This document shows positions 26,289-35,746 of a stretch of 64,000 nt of DNA, in pieces; the first letter of the stretch is position 1, and the number at the start of each line of letters is the position of its first letter. The notes under the pieces were generated by a model. That model had not been told where the DNA came from. It did no database searches and was given only the letters and a program-made list of their open reading frames with translations. The position numbers and the translations under genes are program-made. The DNA is from an uncultured Aquimarina sp. (GTDB taxonomy: Bacteria; Bacteroidota; Bacteroidia; Flavobacteriales; Flavobacteriaceae): positions 60,215 through 124,214 of the forward strand of contig NZ_CANMQT010000006.1 of the NCBI RefSeq assembly GCF_947500065.1, given 5' to 3'.

Positions 26289-27701
26289 ATGAAAATGGAG
26301 TATAGAAAACAAATAAACTTAAAAACCATATTCTCTTTTATATTGGTTTTGATAATGCTATCTAGCTGTGAGAGAGAACTCTCAGATAATGCTGAATTTG
26401 CTACTTTTCCTACCACAGCAGAAATATTTATAGATACACCAGTTGGGCTTGGGAGCGATTTTTATTTTCCCTTTTTAGGCTCAAAACCAACAGCTTTTTC
26501 AGTTGATAATCAGGAAGGATACGAAAGTGATGCTTCGATGCGTGTTGATGTGCCTAATGCAGATGATGCAGAAGGTAATTACGCAGGAGCAATTTTTAGA
26601 GTCGATGGAGTGGGGCGTAACTTAACTGGATACGATGCACTTACTTTTTGGGCTAAAGCTTCACAAGGAGTCTCTATAGATGAAATGGGATTTGGCCAAG
26701 ACTTTGGTGAGAATAAGTTTCAAGTAACAAGAACTAGTATAAGTTTAGGGACTAATTGGGCTAAATATGTTATTCCAATACCTGATCCTTCTAAGCTTAC
26801 AGAAGAAAGAGGAATGCTTTGGTATTCTACCGGAACACAAAATACAGGTGGATTCGGATATACATTTTGGCTAGATGAGGTAAAGTTCGAAAGGTTAGGA
26901 ACTGTTGCACAATCGCAACCAGCAATACTTAATGGTGTTGCTGTAAATCAAGATGCTTTTATAGATGTTCCTGTTCAATTAACCGGACTTACGCAAACCT
27001 TTAACTTGGCATCAGGCAATAACCAAACAGTTGCTGCAGCCCCATCTTATTTTACATTCAGTTCTACAGATATTGATGTCGCTAATGTTAACGAATTAGG
27101 AGTGGTATCTGTGGTGGATACCGGTACTGCGACGATTACTGCAACTTTGGGTAATGTGGCTGCAACAGGTTCATTAGAACTTAATGTAACAGGACCTTTT
27201 GATTTTGCCCCAACACCTCCAATTAGAGACCCTGGAGACGTTGTTTCAGTATTTAGTGATGCTTATACCAGTGCACCGATAGAATTTTTTAATGGTTTCT
27301 TTACTCCAGATGGACAAACAACATTAGGAGGTTTTATTGATGTTAATGGAGATGGAGTAATTCGTTATTCAGAATTAAATTTTGTGGCACTTAAGACGGT
27401 AAATCGAGTAGATGCATCCGCTATGACTAATATTCATATAGATATAAAGGTAGAAGATGCACAGATAGATAATGGAGATTTTGTTAGAGTTCTATTACTT
27501 GCTCAAAATCCTGATGGCTCAGAAAATGAAGCTTCTATTGAGATTCCTAGTGCAGATTTGATAGCAGGGGATTGGATAAGTTTTGATCGTCCACTTTCAG
27601 ATTTTGCAGGGGTAAACCTCTCTAATTTGTCATTGTTCTTCTTTGTTTCGGATTCTACTATCTCTAACATTTTAGTGGATAATATCTATTTCTATAAATA
27701 A
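26289..27701 (+). CDS. Lipoprotein with central Big_2 Ig-like domain flanked by two CBM-like beta-sandwich modules (putative surface glycan-binding protein)
   Basis: Starts 5 nt after the previous stop. Lipobox LSSC followed by ERELSD. Big_2-like FTFSSTDIDVANVNELGVVSVVDTGTATITATLGNVAATGSLELNV. The modules end in YTFWLDEVKFE and NILVDNIYFYK. VVSVFSDAYT-type motif present. Confidence 0.6.
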   Translation: MKMEYRKQINLKTIFSFILVLIMLSSCERELSDNAEFATFPTTAEIFIDTPVGLGSDFYFPFLGSKPTAFSVDNQEGYESDASMRVDVPNADDAEGNYAGAIFRVDGVGRNLTGYDALTFWAKASQGVSIDEMGFGQDFGENKFQVTRTSISLGTNWAKYVIPIPDPSKLTEERGMLWYSTGTQNTGGFGYTFWLDEVKFERLGTVAQSQPAILNGVAVNQDAFIDVPVQLTGLTQTFNLASGNNQTVAAAPSYFTFSSTDIDVANVNELGVVSVVDTGTATITATLGNVAATGSLELNVTGPFDFAPTPPIRDPGDVVSVFSDAYTSAPIEFFNGFFTPDGQTTLGGFIDVNGDGVIRYSELNFVALKTVNRVDASAMTNIHIDIKVEDAQIDNGDFVRVLLLAQNPDGSENEASIEIPSADLIAGDWISFDRPLSDFAGVNLSNLSLFFFVSDSTISNILVDNIYFYK

Positions 27702-27720
27702 AAGCTAAAACTCTTAAAAG

Positions 27721-28560
27721 ATGAATATTATTAAAATATATAAAACAAGAATGAAAGCCATATTGTTTTCTGCTTTTCTACTTGTAATACTTTCTGCAGC
27801 CTCTAGCTGTGACACAGATGAAACTCAGGATGTCATTACTTTAAGAAATCTAGTGATGTCTGATGAGTTTGATATTGAAGGAGCGCCAAATTCTGCAATT
27901 TGGACCTACGATATTGGAAGAGGACCAAACGGAGACGGTTGGGGAAATCAAGAATTGCAATACTATACTGATCGTACTGAAAACGTAAAAGTAGAAAATG
28001 GTTTTCTATTGATTAATGCGAAAGAAGAAGATTTTGAAGGTGCTCAATATACTTCTGCACGACTTAAAACAGAAGGGTTGTTCGAACAGCAATATGGTCG
28101 CTTTGAAGCACGTATACGATTGCCTTATGGAAAAGGATTATGGCCGGCATTTTGGCTCTTAGGAAATGATTGCGAACAAAACATATGGCCGCTTTGTGGT
28201 GAAATAGATATTATGGAATACCTAGGTGATTCACCTAATGTAGTCTTTGGTAGTGCTCATGGGCCTGGTTATTCAGCAGGAGAAGCAGAAACTAAAGAGT
28301 ACACTTTGGAGGATGATCGATTTGATACCGGTTTTCACATTTTTGGTATAGAATGGGGGCCAGAGTATATCAACTATTATGTAGATGATGCATTGTACAA
28401 CCGGATCACACCAGATGATGTTGCTGGCGAATGGGTTTTTGATCATCCATTCTATATAATCATGAATGTTGCAGTTGGAGGTAGCTTTCCTGGGTCACCA
28501 AATGAAGAAACAGTTTTTCCGCAAACAATGATCGTAGACTACGTGCGAGTATATCAATAA
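27721..28560 (+). CDS. GH16 beta-1,3-glucanase (laminarinase), lipoprotein
   Basis: Lipobox ASSC followed by acidic DTDETQD. GH16 motifs: LVMSDEFD, LWPAFWLLG, GEIDIMEY, VDYVRVYQ. The start may instead be the Met at 27751. Confidence 0.9.
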   Translation: MNIIKIYKTRMKAILFSAFLLVILSAASSCDTDETQDVITLRNLVMSDEFDIEGAPNSAIWTYDIGRGPNGDGWGNQELQYYTDRTENVKVENGFLLINAKEEDFEGAQYTSARLKTEGLFEQQYGRFEARIRLPYGKGLWPAFWLLGNDCEQNIWPLCGEIDIMEYLGDSPNVVFGSAHGPGYSAGEAETKEYTLEDDRFDTGFHIFGIEWGPEYINYYVDDALYNRITPDDVAGEWVFDHPFYIIMNVAVGGSFPGSPNEETVFPQTMIVDYVRVYQ

Positions 28561-28592
28561 CAAAAGCAAACTAATTTAATTATTAAGAAATT

Positions 28593-30860
28593 ATGAAACT
28601 ATTTATCAAAAGAACCAAAATAATTTTGCTTTTAGTAGCAGCTGTTACCTTTTTTGGTTGTGAGGATGATGACGCTGATTTACCAAAAGTTGTTGCAAGT
28701 TTTGCACACAACATAAATGAAGATACCGGAAGAGTATCCTTTTTAAACCTTTCTGAAAACGCGGATAGTTACACTTGGGATTTCGGTGATGGTACGACAT
28801 CTACAGAAATTAATCCAATAAGAACTTTTCCAACGGGTAATTATACGGTTGTACTTACTGCAGAAAATGCGGCAGGAGCCGAAAGTACTTTTGAAGATGA
28901 AATTTTTATAAACATACCTATTCCCGTTTCGTTTCCTATTAATTTTGACGAAACTAATGTAAATTATGATGTCAGTATATTTAATGGTGCAGCATTTACA
29001 ATTGTAGAAAATCCAGATCCAACTGGAGCAAACACAAGTACATCTAATGTAGGTCAGATTACCAATAGCGGAGCTGCTTTTGAAGGTTTTTTCTTTAATT
29101 TAGGAGATCCGTTAGATTTAACAGAACAAAAATCTGTAAAAGTTCTTTTCTGGTCAGAGACTCCAATAGATATTTTACTTAAACTAGAAGAAGGAACTGG
29201 CCCAGATGTTGAAACTACCACAAGTCAAAGAGGAACAGGTTGGGAAGAAATTTACTTTACATTCGATTCATCAAATGCATTTTCAAGATTTACGATGTTT
29301 GTTGATGGACCAGGTACGACTGCAGGGACATTCTATATAGATGATATTTCTCAAATTAATACTGCAGACATTCCTTGTACGGATACGTTGTTAGAAATTC
29401 CAATAGATTTTGACTGTAATGGAATTGATTACGCTACTAAGATTGTTGGTAATGTGTCCTTTGCTATTGTAGATAATCCAGAATTATCGGGTATCAATAG
29501 TGAACCAACTATGGTTGGACAAATCACGAATGTAGGTGCTAACTTCGAAAATGCTTTCTTTAATCTAGATACCGCTATTGATTTTTCCGCAGATAAAGGG
29601 GTTAAAATGAAAATATTCTCTAATCAGGCATTACCAGTTTTATTAAAATTTGAAGATGGTACAGAAGCACCTGTTGAGAATGCACAAAACCATGGTGGTT
29701 CTGGCTGGGAAGAATTAACGTTCGTACTTAACTCATCAGCTTCTTACAACGATATGGTGATTTTTGTAGATGGTCCAGGTACCGCAACGGGTATCTTTTA
29801 TCTGGATGATATTGAGCAGGTTTCCGTAATGGTTGCTGGTCCTTGTATTCCAGAGACTAGTCAATCACTAGATGCATCCAATTTTGATTTAACATTCCAA
29901 ACGGATCCAACTGCTAGTATAGCCTCGTTTGATGCAGGTTTATCTTGGGTTGACAATCCAGATTTTGATAATGATGTAAATAAATCATGTAAAGTTGGAC
30001 AAATAGATCGATCTGGCGCAGCATTATTTGCTAATAATCAAATTGATTTTGATACTAAATTTGATTTTAATGCGAATTCAGGGTTTAAACTAAAAGTATG
30101 GTCTCCTACTGCAGGTACAAATGTTTTAGTAAAACTAGAAGATAAGACTAACGGTGGAATTAATGTAGAAGTAGGCGCTGTTACTAGTGTAGCTGGCGGT
30201 TGGGAAGAATTGACTTTTAATTTTGCAAGTGGTGAAAGTGGAAAATATGATAAGATTATATTGTTTTTTGAGTTGAATACGAATACAACAGAAACCTATT
30301 ATATTGATGATTTTAGGCTATACATTTCTGGTGGAACAGGTGGTGGCGGATGTGATACTACCTTTGTTGCAGCCACATCATTACCATTAGATTTTGAAGG
30401 TTGCGAAACGTTTCTTTCTGATGTTAATTTTGGAGCAGGTCTTACTTCAGAAGTTGTAGCAAATCCTTTTCAAACAGGTATTAATACTTCTCCTTTTGTT
30501 TTAAAAGTAGATAAACCTACTGGTTCCGAATTTTTTGCCGGAGTTCAAAATACGTTCGATAATTTTGATTTGACTACAACAATGACTTTTAAAGTTAAAG
30601 TCTATTCTACCAAAGCAAATGTAGTAATGCGTTTTGAATTAGCTGTTTTACCTAATGATGGAAGTATTGGTAATCCAGCTCCAGTATTTGTAACAATAGC
30701 GAATGCAAATGAATGGACAGAAGTCGAATTTACTTTTATCAATTTACCAGCATCACCAACAACATATAATCATTTAGTCATAAAACCAGATAATGATCAG
30801 ACTGATAGTGCAATAACATCGGGTGGTACATATTATTTTGATGATATAAGACTTGAGTAG
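28593..30860 (+). CDS. Lipoprotein with PKD domain and four tandem CBM-like modules (putative surface beta-glucan-binding protein)
   Basis: Lipobox FFGC followed by EDDDADL. PKD motif YTWDFGDGTTSTEINPIRTFPTGNYTVVLTAENAAG. Four ~150-aa modules each carry NP...G.N.S..VGQI.N.GA.FE and end in FYIDDISQ, FYLDDIEQ, YYIDDFRL and YYFDDIRLE. Confidence 0.75.
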   Translation: MKLFIKRTKIILLLVAAVTFFGCEDDDADLPKVVASFAHNINEDTGRVSFLNLSENADSYTWDFGDGTTSTEINPIRTFPTGNYTVVLTAENAAGAESTFEDEIFINIPIPVSFPINFDETNVNYDVSIFNGAAFTIVENPDPTGANTSTSNVGQITNSGAAFEGFFFNLGDPLDLTEQKSVKVLFWSETPIDILLKLEEGTGPDVETTTSQRGTGWEEIYFTFDSSNAFSRFTMFVDGPGTTAGTFYIDDISQINTADIPCTDTLLEIPIDFDCNGIDYATKIVGNVSFAIVDNPELSGINSEPTMVGQITNVGANFENAFFNLDTAIDFSADKGVKMKIFSNQALPVLLKFEDGTEAPVENAQNHGGSGWEELTFVLNSSASYNDMVIFVDGPGTATGIFYLDDIEQVSVMVAGPCIPETSQSLDASNFDLTFQTDPTASIASFDAGLSWVDNPDFDNDVNKSCKVGQIDRSGAALFANNQIDFDTKFDFNANSGFKLKVWSPTAGTNVLVKLEDKTNGGINVEVGAVTSVAGGWEELTFNFASGESGKYDKIILFFELNTNTTETYYIDDFRLYISGGTGGGGCDTTFVAATSLPLDFEGCETFLSDVNFGAGLTSEVVANPFQTGINTSPFVLKVDKPTGSEFFAGVQNTFDNFDLTTTMTFKVKVYSTKANVVMRFELAVLPNDGSIGNPAPVFVTIANANEWTEVEFTFINLPASPTTYNHLVIKPDNDQTDSAITSGGTYYFDDIRLE

Positions 30861-30898
30861 TTTACACTCGAATAATTATTTGAATTAGCATTAAGTAT

Positions 30899-30930
30899 AA
30901 GAGGTTGAAATAAATATTCAACCTCTTTTG
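30899..30930 (+). terminator. Intra-locus terminator between the PKD/CBM lipoprotein gene and the phosphorylase gene
   Basis: 11-bp perfect stem AAGAGGTTGAA/TTCAACCTCTT with a 7-nt loop, then TTG. Confidence 0.7.
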
Positions 30931-30985
30931 AACCTGAAAAATGAATGCTTTAAGAAGCAACTTTTTAAATTGAAGTACATAAAAG

Positions 30986-33900
30986 ATGATAAAGGACTCA
31001 GTATTAACACCTGGAAAAATAGAGGATAAAGAGGTAAGACTAGAACACATTATTATAGACAATGAGACATTTTATATGATTTCTAATAGTGATGTAATGC
31101 GTCCCTTTTTTATGAGTATCGTTAGTGATTCTAATCATTGGATGTTTATATCCAGTAATGGAGGATTGTCTGCTGGCAGAAAAGATTCGAATAATGCAAT
31201 TTTCCCATATTATACAGATGATAAGATTACAGAATCATATGATAATACAGGTAGTAAATCCATTTTCAGAATAAAACAAGAAGGTAAACTATTAATATGG
31301 GAGCCGTTTTCTGAACGTTACTCAGGGACATACCAATACTCTAGAAATATTTATAAAAATGCATATGGAAATAAAATTTTATTTGAAGAAATAAATCATG
31401 ATGCAGGACTGACTTATACATATATGTGGAGTTCTAGTAATGAGTATGGTTTTGTCAGAAAAAGTACATTAATAAATAACTCGAATAAATCTGTAAATGT
31501 TGAAATATTAGATGGTTTACAAAATATCTTACCATACGGAGTTAATACCGACTTACAGGCAATAAGAAGTAACTTGGTAGATGCTTATAAAAGAAGTCAA
31601 CTGGAAGAAGTAAGCGGATTAGGCATGTATGCACTTAGTGCAATTATTGTAGACCGTGCAGAACCAAGTGAGGCTTTAAAAGCAAATATAGTTTGGTCTA
31701 AAGGACTAGAAAACCCTAAACACCTATTATCATCATTACAGTTAAATAACTATAGGAATGGTAATGAGATATACAAAGAAATTGATGTAAAAGCTGAAAA
31801 AGGCGCGTATTTTGTCAATTGTAATATTACTTTACAAGCTTCAGAAAGTAAAGAATGGGTAATGGTTACTAATGTTAATCAAGGACCTTCTCAAGTAGTT
31901 GAAATTTCCGAAATAATTAAAAATGAAAAAGATTTAATTCAGAAAGTTACTGATGATATAGAATTAGGAACACAACGTTTGATCAATTTGGTGTCAGCTT
32001 CAGATGGACTTCAATTAACGGCTGATAAGAGACTAAATGCCAGGCATTATTCAAATACATTGTTTAATATAATGCGAGGTGGTATTTTCGATGCGAATTA
32101 CACGATAGAAAAATGGGATTTCATTAACTACCTAGCATCAGCTAATAGAGAAGTACATCTTAATAATGAAATATTATTAAGGAGTTTCTCGGATTCCTTT
32201 ACACTTTTTGAACTTAGAGAAGAAGCACATAAAAATGAGGATAAAGACTTTAGGAGATTAGCATTAGAGTATATGCCGCTTAAGTTTAGTCGACGTCATG
32301 GGGATCCCAGTCGCCCTTGGAACATATTTTCGATAAATACTAGGGATGAATTAGATGGTTCCAAAATATTAGATTATGAAGGTAACTGGAGAGATATTTT
32401 TCAGAATTGGGAGGCGCTGGCGTATTCTTATCCAGAGTTTGTGGAAAGCATGATTTACAAGTTCTTGAATGCAAGTACTTTTGACGGTTATAATCCATAT
32501 AGGATTACAAAAGGAGGAATAGATTGGGAGGTCATAGAAGAGCACGATCCGTGGTCATATATTGGTTATTGGGGCGATCATCAAATTATTTACTTATTAA
32601 AATTTTTAGAATTTTTCCAAGATCATTACCCAATCAGACTTCAGAATTTTCTTAGTAATGATACGTTTGTTTATGCGAACGTTCCTTATAAAATCAAGCC
32701 TTATGAAGACCTCTTAAAGAATCCAAAAGATACTATAGAGTTTGATTACAATCTTGATAAAAAAGTGCAAAAAAAACGTGTTGAGCTTGGCGCAGATGGG
32801 GTATTGTTAAGAGATCAAAATGATAGTATTCATAAGGTGAATTTTATTGAAAAAATATTAGCTACAACTTTAGCGAAGTTGTCTAATTTTATTCCTGAAG
32901 TGGGTATTTGGTTAAATACGCAACGCCCAGAATGGAATGATGCTAATAATGCTTTAGTAGGTAATGGAGTTTCCATGGTAACACTATATTATTTAAGGCG
33001 ATTCTTGTCTTTTTTCAAGAAATTATTATCTAATTCAAAAATCGAAAAATTAGAAATCTCCGAAGAGCTCATAGTTTTTTTTACTAAGGTGTTAAATACT
33101 TTGGATGATTACCAATATCTACTTTCCGGAAAAATTACTGATACATCCCGAAAACTCATTGTAGACAACCTAGGTCAAGCAGCTAGCAAATACAGGTTAA
33201 GGATTTATGAACAAGAGTTTTCTGGTCGAAAAAACAGTGTATCAATGAATGATCTTAATCGTTTTATAGACTTAAGCCTTCTGTATATTGAACACTCCAT
33301 AGATGCTAATAAAAGACAGGATAATTTGTATCATGCTTACAATTTGATGACTGTTAAAAACGATGATGAAATCTCAGTTTCATATTTAAGCGAAATGTTA
33401 GAAGGTCAGGTTGCTGTGCTAAGTTCAGGGTATTTATCATCCAGAGAAAGTCTTCAGCTTTTAGATGGTTTGAAGAGCAGTAAACTTTTTAGAGAAGATC
33501 AATACAGTTATTTATTATATCCGAATAAAGAATTACCAAAGTTTACGGAAAAGAATACCATTCCTAAAGAGGATGTGGAAAATTCAGGATTGCTAAAGCA
33601 ACTTCTTATAGATAATAATACACAAATTATCGAAAAAGACATAAACGGGAATTATCATTTTAATGGAAGTTTTAATAATGCAGAGAGTGTAAAACAAGAA
33701 TTAGAAAATCTCTCTACCCAAGGATACAATAATTTAGTTGAAAAAGATAGAGATGTAGTCTTACAGACTTTTGAAAAAGTATTTAATCATAAAGCATTTA
33801 CAGGACGTTCCGGAACATTTTATGGCTATGAAGGATTAGGTTCTATTTATTGGCATATGGTTTCAAAATTGTTATTGGCAGTAGAAGAATGTTGTTTAAA

Positions 33901-34450
33901 AGCTATAGGTGTTCAAGAATCAGATGAAGTCGTAGGGAGGCTACTAGAGCACTATTACGAAATTAATGAAGGTATTGGAGTTCACAAATCTCCAGAATTG
34001 TATGGAGCTTTTCCAACAGATCCTTATTCGCATACACCAGCTGGTAAAGGAGCGCAACAACCAGGAATGACTGGGCAAGTAAAAGAAGATATTCTGAGCC
34101 GTATAGGAGAACTAGGTGTAACAGTTAACAATGGCGAGTTGCAATTTTGTCCGAGTCTGTTAAGGATAGCAGAGTTTTTGAAAAATCCAAAGATGTTCGA
34201 GTACGTGGATGTAAATCAACACAAAAAACAATTACAGTTATATAGACATGAATTAGCTTTTACATATTGTCAAGTACCTGTTGTGTATTCATTGTCAGGA
34301 GAAAATAGCATTGAAATAGCATACCGTGATAGCGTGATCACTTCACATATTGGTTTAAAATTAGATAGCTCTATTAGCCAAAAGCTATTTAAGAGGACTG
34401 GAGAGATTGAAAACTTAAAAGTAAACATCGAGAAAACTATTTTAAAATAA
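30986..34450 (+). CDS. Cytoplasmic GH94-fold glycoside phosphorylase, probably GH149/GH161-type beta-1,3-glucan (laminari-oligosaccharide) phosphorylase
   Basis: No signal peptide. Ordered motifs resemble GH94-clan phosphorylases: RRHGDPSRPWN; NWRDIFQNWE (cf. RD..QD); GYWGDHQIIYL; RPEWNDANNAL (cf. catalytic DWNDxxN); YGYEGLGSIYWHM; QQPGMTGQVKE (cf. phosphate-binding TG). The size and the GH17/GH30/MFS context fit bacterial GH149. Confidence 0.6.
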   Translation: MIKDSVLTPGKIEDKEVRLEHIIIDNETFYMISNSDVMRPFFMSIVSDSNHWMFISSNGGLSAGRKDSNNAIFPYYTDDKITESYDNTGSKSIFRIKQEGKLLIWEPFSERYSGTYQYSRNIYKNAYGNKILFEEINHDAGLTYTYMWSSSNEYGFVRKSTLINNSNKSVNVEILDGLQNILPYGVNTDLQAIRSNLVDAYKRSQLEEVSGLGMYALSAIIVDRAEPSEALKANIVWSKGLENPKHLLSSLQLNNYRNGNEIYKEIDVKAEKGAYFVNCNITLQASESKEWVMVTNVNQGPSQVVEISEIIKNEKDLIQKVTDDIELGTQRLINLVSASDGLQLTADKRLNARHYSNTLFNIMRGGIFDANYTIEKWDFINYLASANREVHLNNEILLRSFSDSFTLFELREEAHKNEDKDFRRLALEYMPLKFSRRHGDPSRPWNIFSINTRDELDGSKILDYEGNWRDIFQNWEALAYSYPEFVESMIYKFLNASTFDGYNPYRITKGGIDWEVIEEHDPWSYIGYWGDHQIIYLLKFLEFFQDHYPIRLQNFLSNDTFVYANVPYKIKPYEDLLKNPKDTIEFDYNLDKKVQKKRVELGADGVLLRDQNDSIHKVNFIEKILATTLAKLSNFIPEVGIWLNTQRPEWNDANNALVGNGVSMVTLYYLRRFLSFFKKLLSNSKIEKLEISEELIVFFTKVLNTLDDYQYLLSGKITDTSRKLIVDNLGQAASKYRLRIYEQEFSGRKNSVSMNDLNRFIDLSLLYIEHSIDANKRQDNLYHAYNLMTVKNDDEISVSYLSEMLEGQVAVLSSGYLSSRESLQLLDGLKSSKLFREDQYSYLLYPNKELPKFTEKNTIPKEDVENSGLLKQLLIDNNTQIIEKDINGNYHFNGSFNNAESVKQELENLSTQGYNNLVEKDRDVVLQTFEKVFNHKAFTGRSGTFYGYEGLGSIYWHMVSKLLLAVEECCLKAIGVQESDEVVGRLLEHYYEINEGIGVHKSPELYGAFPTDPYSHTPAGKGAQQPGMTGQVKEDILSRIGELGVTVNNGELQFCPSLLRIAEFLKNPKMFEYVDVNQHKKQLQLYRHELAFTYCQVPVVYSLSGENSIEIAYRDSVITSHIGLKLDSSISQKLFKRTGEIENLKVNIEKTILK

Positions 34451-34456
34451 AAACAA

Positions 34457-35743
34457 ATGACACAAAGACATAACATAATACTCACATTATTATTTATAGT
34501 ACTTATGCTGTCTTGTAATCAAGAACAAAAATCTAAAAAATCTATGCACCCCCAAAATAGCATCATCGCAAAAGACATTTTAGGCAACCCAAATTATCTT
34601 GCAATATCTTATGGTGGTTACCGTAAATCATCTAGAGAGTTTCAACCTAGCATTGCACAGTTAAAAGAAGATATGAAAATGCTGAAGGCTATGAATATTA
34701 AAATCTTAAGAACTTATAATGTTCAATTAGCTCAAGCTTCTAATTTATTAAAAGCTATAAATCAGCTAAAGATGGAAGATGAAACTTTCGAAATGTATGT
34801 AATGCTCGGAGCTTGGATTGATTGTAAGAATGCTTGGACTGATAAAGAACCAGATCATAATGAGGAAAGTCTACAAAATGAAAGCGAAATAAATAGAGCT
34901 GTAGCATTGGCAAATCAATACCCAGATATTGTAAAAGTAATCGCTGTTGGTAATGAATCCATGATAAGATGGGCAACCAGCTATTATGTACAACCAAGTG
35001 TAATATTGAAATGGGTTAATTATTTACAGAATTTAAAGAAAGAGGGTAAACTTTCTAAAGATCTATGGATTACTTCTTCTGATGATTTTGCATCCTGGGG
35101 AGGAGGAGAGGAAAGTTATCAGATTAAAGATTTAGAAGACTTAATCAAAGCAGTAGATTATGTGTCCATGCATACCTATCCATATCATAATACTCATTAT
35201 AATCCTCAGTTTTGGGGGATAGATAATACGGAATATAATCTCTCTTCAGAAGAAAAAATAGAAGCCGCGATGCAAAGAGCATTAAAATTTGCTCAAAAGC
35301 AATATGAAGCAGTTTCGGTTTATGTTGAAAGTTTAGGAGTAAAAAAGCCGATTCACATAGGTGAGACAGGTTGGGCTACTGTCTCTAATGGACACTATGG
35401 ACCTAATGGCTCTAAAGCTACTGATGAATTTAAAGAAGCTTTGTATTATAAATATATCAGAGAATGGACCAATAAAGAGGGTATTTCTTGTTTTTATTTT
35501 GAAGCCTTTGATGAACCCTGGAAAGATGCTCATAATCAGAAAGGTTCAGAAAACCATTTTGGATTAATAACGGTTGATGGTAAAGCAAAATATGCACTTT
35601 GGGATATGGTAGATGAAGATATGTTTAAAGGATTGACTAGAGGCGGTAATCCAATTACTAAAACGTACGATGGTGATAAAAGTGAAATGATGAAAAGTGT
35701 AGAGTTACCCGTTTCTAAAGAAGTATTGACAGTTAGTTTTTAA
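34457..35743 (+). CDS. GH17 beta-1,3-glucanase, lipoprotein
   Basis: Lipobox MLSC followed by non-acidic NQEQKSKK. GH17 motifs: IAVGNESM (acid/base), IHIGETGWATVS (nucleophile), FYFEAFDEPWK. Confidence 0.85.
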   Translation: MTQRHNIILTLLFIVLMLSCNQEQKSKKSMHPQNSIIAKDILGNPNYLAISYGGYRKSSREFQPSIAQLKEDMKMLKAMNIKILRTYNVQLAQASNLLKAINQLKMEDETFEMYVMLGAWIDCKNAWTDKEPDHNEESLQNESEINRAVALANQYPDIVKVIAVGNESMIRWATSYYVQPSVILKWVNYLQNLKKEGKLSKDLWITSSDDFASWGGGEESYQIKDLEDLIKAVDYVSMHTYPYHNTHYNPQFWGIDNTEYNLSSEEKIEAAMQRALKFAQKQYEAVSVYVESLGVKKPIHIGETGWATVSNGHYGPNGSKATDEFKEALYYKYIREWTNKEGISCFYFEAFDEPWKDAHNQKGSENHFGLITVDGKAKYALWDMVDEDMFKGLTRGGNPITKTYDGDKSEMMKSVELPVSKEVLTVSF

Positions 35744-35746
35744 GAG

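Noticed and set aside
26289-27701. Possible SusD-like partner lipoprotein.
   Set aside because: The sequence is beta-rich, with a Big_2 Ig domain and CBM-like modules. It has none of the helical TPR-like character of SusD, so only the position and the lipobox fit.
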